Of a stretch of 39,431 nt of DNA, positions 8,813 through 16,034 are shown piece after piece. Where the stretch lies: positions 1 through 39,431 of the IMG/VR virus record IMGVR_UViG_3300017978_000163; one strand, 5' to 3'. The notes under the pieces are model-generated. The model was not told the origin of the DNA and did no database searches. It saw nothing but the letters and a program-made list of their open reading frames with translations. The DNA is from a virus. The first letter of the stretch is position 1. Each line of letters starts with the position of its first letter. A program made the translations under genes and the position numbers.

Positions 8813-10938
8813 TGCCAGTTGCCCGCTTCCAACTTCCCGATGGTCGTGTTGCTCGGTTTGAAGTTCCCGAGGGTACGACGCCCGAGCAAGCACAGGCGCT
8901 GATTGAGGCGCAGTTGCCGACATTGGAGCAGCCCGCAGCCCCTGCCGCGCCGCAGCTTCCACCGTCGCTGCAACCTCGTGTAGCACCCGCCAATGAAGTG
9001 CCCGGTCCCCGTCAGGACTTGAGCATGGGTCAGCGCGTCTATCAGGCTGTGCGCCCCTACGTGGCCCCCACCATCGAAGCATTGGGTGCTGGTGGCGGTG
9101 CGATCTTGGGTGGTGCTGCGGGCACTACCCTTGGACCTGTTGGTACCGCCACTGGCGCTGTTGCTGGTGGTGGCTTGGGTTACGGTATGGCAAAGGAAGC
9201 CTTGGAAATAGCCGACGTGGCGATGGGCATGAAAGCCCCCCGCCAAGGTGCCGCACAGGTCGTCGAACCCGTGCGCAACATCCTCGAAGGTTCTACCTTT
9301 GAGGCCGGTGGTCGCGTGGCCGGTCCCTTGATCTCCAAGGGTGTCGGCAAGCTGATGGACCTGCGCAAGATCCCCCAAAACAAAGCAGCCACCATCGCCC
9401 GCAACGCCCTTGGCCCAGACCTGCCCGAAGCTCTGAATTTGCTCAAAGCAGCAAAGGGTCAGAACGTCAGCGCCGCGCAAGCGGTGGCCGACATCAACAG
9501 CCCCACGTTCCAAGCCCTGATCGACCGCGCCACAGCCCGCGATCCGCGCTTCCTGTCGGCACTGGAAAAGTCCCAAGGCGAGGTGTCGCTCAACGCCCTG
9601 TCCAAGCTGGCAGGTGGCAGGACCGCTGCCGATGTGCGGGCCACCACCGAAGGTGCCAAGACGGCTGTCCGCACCATCACCAGCCCGATGCGGGAGGCTG
9701 CGCTTAACCGTGCCAACCTCGGCAAAGAAGTTGCCCGTCTGGAGGGTCTGTCTGCTGAACTGGGTGAGCAAGCTGCTGCCAAGGTGCAAGAGGTTCGCCG
9801 CCTGATGGAGCTTGGCGACATTGCCACGGCCAACGCCCGCCTCGGTTTGATCAAGCAGGGTTTACCCGTAGGCTTGGAAAAGTTCACATACAGCGGCGAG
9901 TTGGCCGAACGCGCCTTCAACGAGTGGTCCAACGCCGCAGCGCAAGCATCACTCGATTTGGGCCAAGGTGCCCGGTTTGCCGATGAAGCTGCGGGTGCTC
10001 TGCGCTCAGTGGGCATCAAGCCCCTTGAAGGTGCTCCGTTGATCAGCACCCTCAAGACAATGGCGACCAAGCCCGAGTTTGCCGGTAATGACGTGCTGCT
10101 CGGTGCCATGCGCAACGTGGCCGATGACGTTGCCAAGTGGACCAGCAGTGGTGGTGTCATTGATGCCCGCGCACTTGACGCCATTCGCAAGAACTCGGTC
10201 AATGCCGCAATCCAGCAGCTTCGCCCCGGCGTAGACGCCACCACCCAGCGCAATCTGGCCGCTGGCGTTCTGAGCCGTGTGAAGCCCGTGATTGACGACG
10301 CCATTGAGGCAGCGGGTGGTAAAGGCTACCGTGAGTACCTGAAGCAACACGCCGAGATGTCCCAGAAGATTGCCGAGAAGCAGTTGACTGGCGAAGCCTT
10401 GCGCTTGTTCAAGACCGACAAAAACGCATTTGTGCGCCTCGTGCAGAACGAGTCTCCCGAGGCTGTGGAGAAGATTCTTGGCCCCGGCAAGTACAACATC
10501 GCTGTCGAGTTGGCCGAAAACACCATGAACACCTTGGAGAACGAGGCTGCAAAGGTGATCCGCGCCGCCAACATCAAGTCCCAAGTCGAGGGTGGTCAGG
10601 ACGCGCTCAAGGAACTCATGCTCCAAAGCATGAGCAAGTTCCGTCTGCCGTCATACCTGAGTGCCGTGGCAGCAACGACCAACAAGGGTTTGAACATCTT
10701 GGAGAACAAGATTGGTGCCAAGACAATGGCAACGCTGACCGAGGCGCTCAAGACCCCCGAGGGTGCGGTCAACCTGCTTGACACATTGCCCGCTGCCGAG
10801 CGCAATCGGGTGTTGCAGATCATGTCCGATCCGACCAAGTGGGGTGCTCCAACTCGCGCAGCCGTCACGGGCAGCATTGCTGGTGGTGTCAACATGTTGG
10901 CACCCGAGCGAAATGTCGAAAACGACTTTGTGCGCTGA
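8812..10938 (+). CDS. Internal virion / ejection protein (gp16 position)
   Basis: 708 aa, with a Gly/Ala-rich hydrophobic stretch (GAGGGAILGGAAGTTLGPVGTATGAVAGGGLGYG). Its start overlaps the preceding stop (TAATG). Assigned by synteny. Confidence 0.5.
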   Translation: MPVARFQLPDGRVARFEVPEGTTPEQAQALIEAQLPTLEQPAAPAAPQLPPSLQPRVAPANEVPGPRQDLSMGQRVYQAVRPYVAPTIEALGAGGGAILGGAAGTTLGPVGTATGAVAGGGLGYGMAKEALEIADVAMGMKAPRQGAAQVVEPVRNILEGSTFEAGGRVAGPLISKGVGKLMDLRKIPQNKAATIARNALGPDLPEALNLLKAAKGQNVSAAQAVADINSPTFQALIDRATARDPRFLSALEKSQGEVSLNALSKLAGGRTAADVRATTEGAKTAVRTITSPMREAALNRANLGKEVARLEGLSAELGEQAAAKVQEVRRLMELGDIATANARLGLIKQGLPVGLEKFTYSGELAERAFNEWSNAAAQASLDLGQGARFADEAAGALRSVGIKPLEGAPLISTLKTMATKPEFAGNDVLLGAMRNVADDVAKWTSSGGVIDARALDAIRKNSVNAAIQQLRPGVDATTQRNLAAGVLSRVKPVIDDAIEAAGGKGYREYLKQHAEMSQKIAEKQLTGEALRLFKTDKNAFVRLVQNESPEAVEKILGPGKYNIAVELAENTMNTLENEAAKVIRAANIKSQVEGGQDALKELMLQSMSKFRLPSYLSAVAATTNKGLNILENKIGAKTMATLTEALKTPEGAVNLLDTLPAAERNRVLQIMSDPTKWGAPTRAAVTGSIAGGVNMLAPERNVENDFVR

Positions 10939-10972
10939 TCCGAATTAGTTAGAATCGACCAAGGACTAAGAC

Positions 10973-11650
10973 ATGGCTTCACTCTCTCCACTTCCAAAAC
11001 TCCAGTTCTTCGGGACTGATGGGTTGCCTCTTGTTGGTGGCAAGCTGTACACGTATGCAGCGGGCACCACGACCCCTATCGCCACGTACACCGACCACAC
11101 TGGGGCTAACCTGAACACCAACCCGGTGATTCTCGACTCAGCGGGTCAAGCTGGTGTGTGGTTGACCGACACGGTGACCTACAAGTACACCCTGACTGAC
11201 GCCAACGATGTGCCGTTGTTCACCGTGGATTACGTGTCTGTCCCCGTCACCACCAACTCACTCGCATCGCCCCCAGCCATTGGTAGCGATGTGCCCAACG
11301 TGGGTACCTTCACCGACCTGAACGTGGTGGACACGCTGACCCTTGAGTCCACGGGTGCTGCCATTTTGAACGTGGGCACCACGGCTGAGCGCCCAGCAGA
11401 CCCCGAAGAGGGCATGGTTCGCTACAATAGCACCACAAACCAGTTCGAGGGGTACAGCACCGGGTGGGGTGCTTTGGGTGGCGGTGCTACCGGTGGTGGC
11501 TCAGACGAGATGTTTTTTGAAAACGGTCAGAACGTTACCGCCGACTACACGATCACCACTGGCAAGAACGCTGGCACATTTGGCCCTATCGAGATTGACA
11601 CCGGCATCACAGTAACTGTGCCTACCGGTTCAGTCTGGACTATTGTTTAA
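10973..11650 (+). CDS. Short tail fibre / tailspike-adaptor protein
   Basis: The N-terminus (LPKLQFFGTDGLPLVGGKLYTYAAGTTTPIATYTDHTG) is the common tailspike N-terminal module. The C-terminal 49 aa are homologous to the C-terminus of 4114..5757 and end in the identical VPTGSVWTIV. Confidence 0.7.
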   Translation: MASLSPLPKLQFFGTDGLPLVGGKLYTYAAGTTTPIATYTDHTGANLNTNPVILDSAGQAGVWLTDTVTYKYTLTDANDVPLFTVDYVSVPVTTNSLASPPAIGSDVPNVGTFTDLNVVDTLTLESTGAAILNVGTTAERPADPEEGMVRYNSTTNQFEGYSTGWGALGGGATGGGSDEMFFENGQNVTADYTITTGKNAGTFGPIEIDTGITVTVPTGSVWTIV

Positions 11651-11661
11651 GGAACACGAAA

Positions 11662-12039
11662 ATGGGAATGTCAATCAGCGGAACCAGTGGGCTTACGTTC
11701 CCCGATACCACCACACTGATCAGTGCAAATCAGGCGTCGGTGCGCGCTTGGGTCAACTTTAACGGTACGGGCACTGTTGCCATTCGAGCAGCGTTCAACG
11801 TGAGTTCGATTACGGACAATGGGACTGGCGACTACACGTTGAACTTCACAACTGCTCTAGCCGACGCGAACTATTCTGCTTTGGGCACTGTGAGATCAAA
11901 CGACGACGCAACTCAAGTGGCATTGTTGCAGTTGTCCTCGCAAACCGCACTGACTACAACCGCTGTAAGGGTTCGCACTTCGGTTCCTGTATCTGCGTAT
12001 GCGGATTTCAGCACCATCTGTGTTTCCATCTTCCGTTAA
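11662..12039 (+). CDS. Paralog 1 of a small fibre-associated protein family (125 aa)
   Basis: It has the core AWVNFNGTGTVAIRAAFNVSSITDNGTGDYTLNFTTALADANY and a C-terminal ..IFR. AAGGAA SD. Confidence 0.7.
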   Translation: MGMSISGTSGLTFPDTTTLISANQASVRAWVNFNGTGTVAIRAAFNVSSITDNGTGDYTLNFTTALADANYSALGTVRSNDDATQVALLQLSSQTALTTTAVRVRTSVPVSAYADFSTICVSIFR

Positions 12040-12048
12040 GGACACACC

Positions 12049-12438
12049 ATGTCAACAGCAAAATTCGACACGCTCTCCAACGTGGCAGGGACACAAACAG
12101 TACCAGTCGCAACCGTGGTTCAAGGCAGCGCCAAGGCGTGGGTGAACTTCAACGGCACGGGCACTGTGGCTATCCGAGCCAGCTTCAACGTGAGTTCGAT
12201 CACGGATGTAAATACCGGGCAATACGACGTTAATTTCACAACAGCCCTACCTGACGCCAATTACGCAACAGTTGTCACCGGTAGGCCAACCTCCGATTTG
12301 GTTATTTTTTCGTACGTTAGGTCAACAGATTTAGGTTCTGGTGTATACAGCACTACATCTGTAAGTCTTCGCACAGCGGTGCTTCCCGGCCCAACTGCTG
12401 CTGATTTGGATATTGTCAACGTCGCCGTCTTCCGATAA
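12049..12438 (+). CDS. Paralog 2 of the small fibre-associated protein family (129 aa)
   Basis: Same core (AWVNFNGTGTVAIRASFNVSSITDVNTGQYDVNFTTALPDANY). It starts MSTAKF and ends ..VFR. Confidence 0.7.
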   Translation: MSTAKFDTLSNVAGTQTVPVATVVQGSAKAWVNFNGTGTVAIRASFNVSSITDVNTGQYDVNFTTALPDANYATVVTGRPTSDLVIFSYVRSTDLGSGVYSTTSVSLRTAVLPGPTAADLDIVNVAVFR

Positions 12439-12462
12439 CCCATTTTTCAAAGGAGCATTTTC

Positions 12463-12648
12463 ATGCAAGACAAACGAGTGATTTTTCCCAACGACGAAGG
12501 TGGTGTGTCCATCATCGTTCCAGCACCCGGCGCAACCCAAGAGCAAGTCTTGGTGGCTGTTCCCGCTGGCAAGCCGTACAAGATCGTCAACGCTGCCGAC
12601 ATCCCAACGGATCGCATTTTCCGCGATGCGTGGGAATACACTGCTTAA
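12463..12648 (+). CDS. Hypothetical protein (61 aa), resembling the N-terminal half of a phage fibre-region family
   Basis: AAAGGAG SD. It contains the motif VPAGKPYKIVNAADIPTDRIFRDAWE. It is in the same frame as the next ORF, separated from it by one TAA. Confidence 0.55.
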   Translation: MQDKRVIFPNDEGGVSIIVPAPGATQEQVLVAVPAGKPYKIVNAADIPTDRIFRDAWEYTA

Positions 12649-12663
12649 TTCAGGAGCACCACC

Positions 12664-12891
12664 ATGATCTCGATCAACATCAACAAAGCCAAGACCATCG
12701 CCCACGACAAGCGCCGCGCTGCCCGTGCAGCCGAGTTTGCACCTCTGGACGTGAAGGCCACCATCCCCTCTGAAGCTGCTGCTGCCGAAGCTGCGCGTCA
12801 AGCTGTGCGCGACAAGTACGCCGCTGTGCAAAGCAGCATCGACGCAGCCTCGAATGTGGGCGCGTTGAAGACCATCGTTGAAGGGCTGTAA
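12664..12891 (+). CDS. Hypothetical protein (75 aa), resembling the C-terminal half of the same family (DUF4376-like, from memory)
   Basis: AGGAG SD 7 nt upstream. It contains the motifs INKAKTIAHDKRRAARAAEFAPLD and QAVRDKY. Confidence 0.5.
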   Translation: MISININKAKTIAHDKRRAARAAEFAPLDVKATIPSEAAAAEAARQAVRDKYAAVQSSIDAASNVGALKTIVEGL

Positions 12892-12894
12892 ACC

Positions 12895-13257
12895 ATGAGC
12901 ACGGCAAAGTTCAATACGTGGCAAAACCCAGACGGGACTGAGAACTACAAGTGCCGTGCGTGGGTCAACTTTAACGGCACGGGTACTGTGGCGATTCGTG
13001 GTTCTGGCAACGTGTCGAGCATCACGGATGTCGGCACAGGACAGTACACGCTCAACCTGACAACCGCAATGCCTGATGTGAATTACGCAGTAGTCGCGTC
13101 TGGTGCAAAAGCAATTTCTGGCGATGACGGTAACAACAGCGTGGCTATTGGCGGTATTTCGCGTGTTCCGACAACGACCACTGTGCCTATCACAAACTTC
13201 ACCGAATCAATTGGTCAAACTGACAACGCATACATCTACGTTGCAGTTTTCCGATAA
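12895..13257 (+). CDS. Paralog 3 of the small fibre-associated protein family (120 aa)
   Basis: It has the core AWVNFNGTGTVAIRGSGNVSSITDVGTGQYTLNLTTAMPDVNY. It starts MSTAKF and ends ..VFR. Confidence 0.7.
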   Translation: MSTAKFNTWQNPDGTENYKCRAWVNFNGTGTVAIRGSGNVSSITDVGTGQYTLNLTTAMPDVNYAVVASGAKAISGDDGNNSVAIGGISRVPTTTTVPITNFTESIGQTDNAYIYVAVFR

Positions 13258-13303
13258 ACGAGTGTGAATAACGCCGCATTAAACGCAATCAAAGGTGATG
13301 CTG

Positions 13304-13513
13304 ATGGAACCCGGAGAAATTGATCCTGTGAAGTACGGTGTCTTGTGGGAGCGCGTCACCCAGATGGACAAGAAGATCGACAAGATGGAAGGCCAGATTG
13401 CCGAGTTGCTTGAGCTTGCCAACAAGGGCAAGGGTGGCTTTTGGATGGGCATGACCATCGCATCCAGTGTGGGTGCTGCTGTCGCTTGGGTGGCCGGTCA
13501 CCTGCGGGGGTAA
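13304..13513 (+). CDS. Small C-tail-anchored membrane protein (69 aa), possibly lysis-associated
   Basis: The ORF-track start at 13295 is GTG. ATG 13304 lies 8 nt after AAGG. The protein has a coiled N-terminal part and a C-terminal TM (FWMGMTIASSVGAAVAWVAG). Confidence 0.5.
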   Translation: MEPGEIDPVKYGVLWERVTQMDKKIDKMEGQIAELLELANKGKGGFWMGMTIASSVGAAVAWVAGHLRG

Positions 13514-13515
13514 CA

Positions 13516-13962
13516 ATGCTCGCAGAATTGGCAGTCGCAAACGCAGCGTTTGCTGTGATCAAAGAAGCGGTTGCCAACTCGGGCGACATCATGGCTGCGG
13601 GCGAGTCGCTGTTCAAATACTTCGACACCAAGGCTGAGATTCAAAAGAAGGCCAGCGCCAAAGGCGGCTCAGATCGGGGCGATCTCGAAGAGTTCATGGC
13701 GCTCGAGAAGCTCAAGAAACAGGAAGAAGAACTGCGCGAGATGATGATCTACCAAGGCCGTGCTGGCCTGTGGACGGACTGGCTCAAGTTCCAACTCGAA
13801 GCCAAGAAAAAGCGTGAGGCTGCGGAGCGCGAAAAGATTTTGCGCAAGCAGCGGATCATTGGCCGCATCAAAGACACGTTCATGGTCATCCTCGTGGTCA
13901 CCCTACTCGGCGGTCTTGGCATCATCATCGGCGCAGCCATCTGGCTTTCCCGAGACGTGTAA
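13516..13962 (+). CDS. C-tail-anchored coiled-coil membrane protein (148 aa), function unknown
   Basis: The ATG lies 2 nt after the upstream stop, preceded by GGGGG. The middle is highly charged, and there is a C-terminal TM (FMVILVVTLLGGLGIIIGAAIWL). Confidence 0.55.
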   Translation: MLAELAVANAAFAVIKEAVANSGDIMAAGESLFKYFDTKAEIQKKASAKGGSDRGDLEEFMALEKLKKQEEELREMMIYQGRAGLWTDWLKFQLEAKKKREAAEREKILRKQRIIGRIKDTFMVILVVTLLGGLGIIIGAAIWLSRDV

Positions 13963-13982
13963 TTTTTAGAAAGGTATCGACC

Positions 13983-14489
13983 ATGTTGTCTCTCATCTCC
14001 ACCCTTGGCGGCTTGCTGCTGTCGTTCTTGCCCAAGCTGCTGGAATACTTCCAGACCAAATCGGATCAGAGGCACGAACTGGCGTTGGCCCAAGCGCAGA
14101 CCGAACGGGAACTGGCTTTGGCTCAAGCGGGCTTTGCCGCACAAGCCCGCATCGAAGAGATCCAGACCGAGCAGGTTGCCATGCAGACAGAGGCCCAGAT
14201 GCAGGGTGCAGCACTGGAACACGACAAGCAGGTCATGAAGAGGGCCAGCACTTGGGTGGTGAACTACGTTGGTACCGTGCGCCCCACCGTGACCTACATC
14301 CTCATCATCGAGTTGGTGGCAATCAACATCTTCTTGTCGGTCTACCTGTGGAACCACCCCCAGTACATCACCAACCTTGACGACCTGATGCGCTACGTTG
14401 ACATCATCTTCTCTCAGGACGAGATGGCGATGCTTGGTGGCATCATCGGATTCTGGTTCGGTAGCCGCTCTATGGGTCAGAAACAATGA
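13983..14489 (+). CDS. Putative holin (168 aa, about 3 hydrophobic segments; GTA-type 3-TM holin-like, from memory)
   Basis: It has three hydrophobic stretches (LISTLGGLLLSFLPKLL, VTYILIIELVAINIFLSVYLW, MLGGIIGFWFG). Its stop overlaps the start of the endolysin gene (ATGA), which lies immediately downstream. Confidence 0.5.
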   Translation: MLSLISTLGGLLLSFLPKLLEYFQTKSDQRHELALAQAQTERELALAQAGFAAQARIEEIQTEQVAMQTEAQMQGAALEHDKQVMKRASTWVVNYVGTVRPTVTYILIIELVAINIFLSVYLWNHPQYITNLDDLMRYVDIIFSQDEMAMLGGIIGFWFGSRSMGQKQ

Positions 14490-14995
14490 AGCTCAGCAAA
14501 GCAGGTGTCGATCTGATGCACCGCTTTGAGGGGTGCAGAAACAAGCCCTACCTGTGCCCCGCGCACATTTGGACGATTGGCTACGGTCATGTGCTGTACC
14601 AAGAACAAATCCGCTTGCCTGTGGCGCGTGTGGAGGGCAAGCCCCCAGCGCCCATGATCCGCAGGGAAATGCCACTCAGACCGGAGCACAGCCGGGTTTG
14701 GAGCAAAGATGAAATCGAGTCGCTATTCGCAAAAGATGTCGCTAATTTTGAACGTGGTGTTCTTCGACTTGCTCCTGATCTTGCTGGTCGTCAAGGCGCA
14801 TTCGACGCTTGTGTCAGTTTTGCCTACAACGCAGGTCTGGGGAATTTCCAACGCTCTCAAATCCGCATGCGAATCAATCGTGGCGACTGGGAAGGCGCTG
14901 CTGAGCAGTTTATGACGTGGGTCAAGGGTGGTGGCAAAGTGCTACCCGGCCTCGTCAAGCGCCGGGTAGCTGAGAAGGCGCTGTTCCTAAGTTAA
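14486..14995 (+). CDS. Endolysin, GH24 (T4/lambda-type) lysozyme
   Basis: It contains RFEGCRNKPYLCPAHIWTIGYGH, which fits the GH24 catalytic region (E15 ... position 24 ... T30). There is no N-terminal hydrophobic (SAR or signal) segment. Confidence 0.85.
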   Translation: MKLSKAGVDLMHRFEGCRNKPYLCPAHIWTIGYGHVLYQEQIRLPVARVEGKPPAPMIRREMPLRPEHSRVWSKDEIESLFAKDVANFERGVLRLAPDLAGRQGAFDACVSFAYNAGLGNFQRSQIRMRINRGDWEGAAEQFMTWVKGGGKVLPGLVKRRVAEKALFLS

Positions 14996-15447
14996 ACGCA
15001 CGATTCGAGGGCTGGGGGCACGTAGTTCGGACCCTTGAGGATCTTGCCGTTCTGGTCAAAGTACGGCTGACCCTCGGGGCTGAACTTGCTCCAGTTGCTG
15101 GTGTTCACAATGTCCACGGCCTTGGTGATGTTCATGTTGGCGCAGTGCCCCACACCCACGGAGGTCACGATCTGGTCGGCCAGTGAATCCACGAACTCTT
15201 TGCGGTCGGCCACCTCGGCGGTGATGCGACCGGCTTTCAAGCCGTCAGAGAAATCTTTGACCTGTTGATAGATCATCGAGTTCTTACCCGGCATTTCCAC
15301 ACCCGTGCCGTTTTTGTAGGTGAAGCGCAGAGCTTCGATCATTTCCACAACCTCTTCCAAATGGCACCCGAGTTGGACGTTGAAGTTCTGATCGGTGGGG
15401 TTGGGGCGGGCGCGTTTGTGCCACAGGGTAATGCTGTCGATACTCAT
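14992..15447 (-). CDS. MazG-like / PRA-PH-like nucleoside triphosphate pyrophosphohydrolase
   Basis: It contains HLEEVVEMIEA (an EExxE metal motif), DSLADQIVTSVG and SNWSKF..GKILKGPNYVPP, typical of the all-alpha NTP-PPase phage family. Confidence 0.65.
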   Translation of the reverse strand: MSIDSITLWHKRARPNPTDQNFNVQLGCHLEEVVEMIEALRFTYKNGTGVEMPGKNSMIYQQVKDFSDGLKAGRITAEVADRKEFVDSLADQIVTSVGVGHCANMNITKAVDIVNTSNWSKFSPEGQPYFDQNGKILKGPNYVPPALESCV

Positions 15448-15623
15448 TTGATTTTCCGTTTCTTGGTTGGGTCGTTGACTTTGGCAGCGGCCTTGATGCC
15501 ACTGCGCTGGTTCTTGATGGCAAGGGCTTGCTCTTTGCGGTACGCCTCGGATTTGCCGAATGGCGAACCCTCTCGTATGTTAAATGCTGTTGGCAGCGGC
15601 CAAAGGGTTTCGTCGAGTTTCAT
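15444..15623 (-). CDS. Hypothetical protein (59 aa, basic C-terminus)
   Basis: An internal ATG is chosen because of a GGAGAT SD and an ATGA overlap with the upstream gene. Confidence 0.5.
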   Translation of the reverse strand: MKLDETLWPLPTAFNIREGSPFGKSEAYRKEQALAIKNQRSGIKAAAKVNDPTKKRKIK

Positions 15624-16033
15624 TGTGTCATCTCCATAAAAATTTCTTGGCGCATTGCGTGAGCTTGGGCAATGTACTGCGTACCCACGATGCGGTTGAG
15701 TTCTTCGCCGCACTCCACGGCACGTTCAATGGGCACAGTTTGCGCGGTGTCCCACTTGTCCTTCAACAGCAGTTGCTGACATGCGGACAGACCACCACGC
15801 AGGATTCGCACACGGCTGTCGTCACCGCCGATCTTGGGGTCCAACTCAGAAGCCACGCCGAGTGTTGCCAGCATCAGGCAGATGTCATCGAGTCGGTCAG
15901 CGCACGGCTCGTCGTCATCGCTCATGTACATCCACAGCTTGAACGTCAGAAGCCCGTTGCTGAGTTTCTTTCGGGCCACGGCGCGGGCGATGGGGTTCTT
16001 GGCGGTGTTGGCGTCCACGATTCGTACTCTCAT
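15620..16033 (-). CDS. Hypothetical protein (137 aa)
   Basis: ATG 16033 has an AAAGGA SD and lies 1 nt after the SNF2 stop. The longer ORF-track version overlaps the SNF2 gene. Confidence 0.55.
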   Translation of the reverse strand: MRVRIVDANTAKNPIARAVARKKLSNGLLTFKLWMYMSDDDEPCADRLDDICLMLATLGVASELDPKIGGDDSRVRILRGGLSACQQLLLKDKWDTAQTVPIERAVECGEELNRIVGTQYIAQAHAMRQEIFMEMTQ

Positions 16034-16034
16034 T

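Noticed and set aside
11746-13060. The repeated conserved segment in the three paralogs could be a diversity-generating retroelement TR/VR pair.
   Set aside because: There is no reverse transcriptase anywhere in the genome. The conserved part is N-terminal and central rather than the C-terminal variable region. Nucleotide differences between copies involve all bases, not adenine-specific substitutions.
14709-14915. A 68-aa ORF embedded out of frame in the endolysin gene with a hydrophobic stretch (MSLILNVVFFDLLLILLVVKA), considered as an embedded spanin or holin.
   Set aside because: It has no SD, no lipobox and no coiled-coil periplasmic part. The hydrophobic run is explained by the T-rich alternative frame. 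Similarly, 13760..13969 begins MLAC but has no signal peptide before the Cys.
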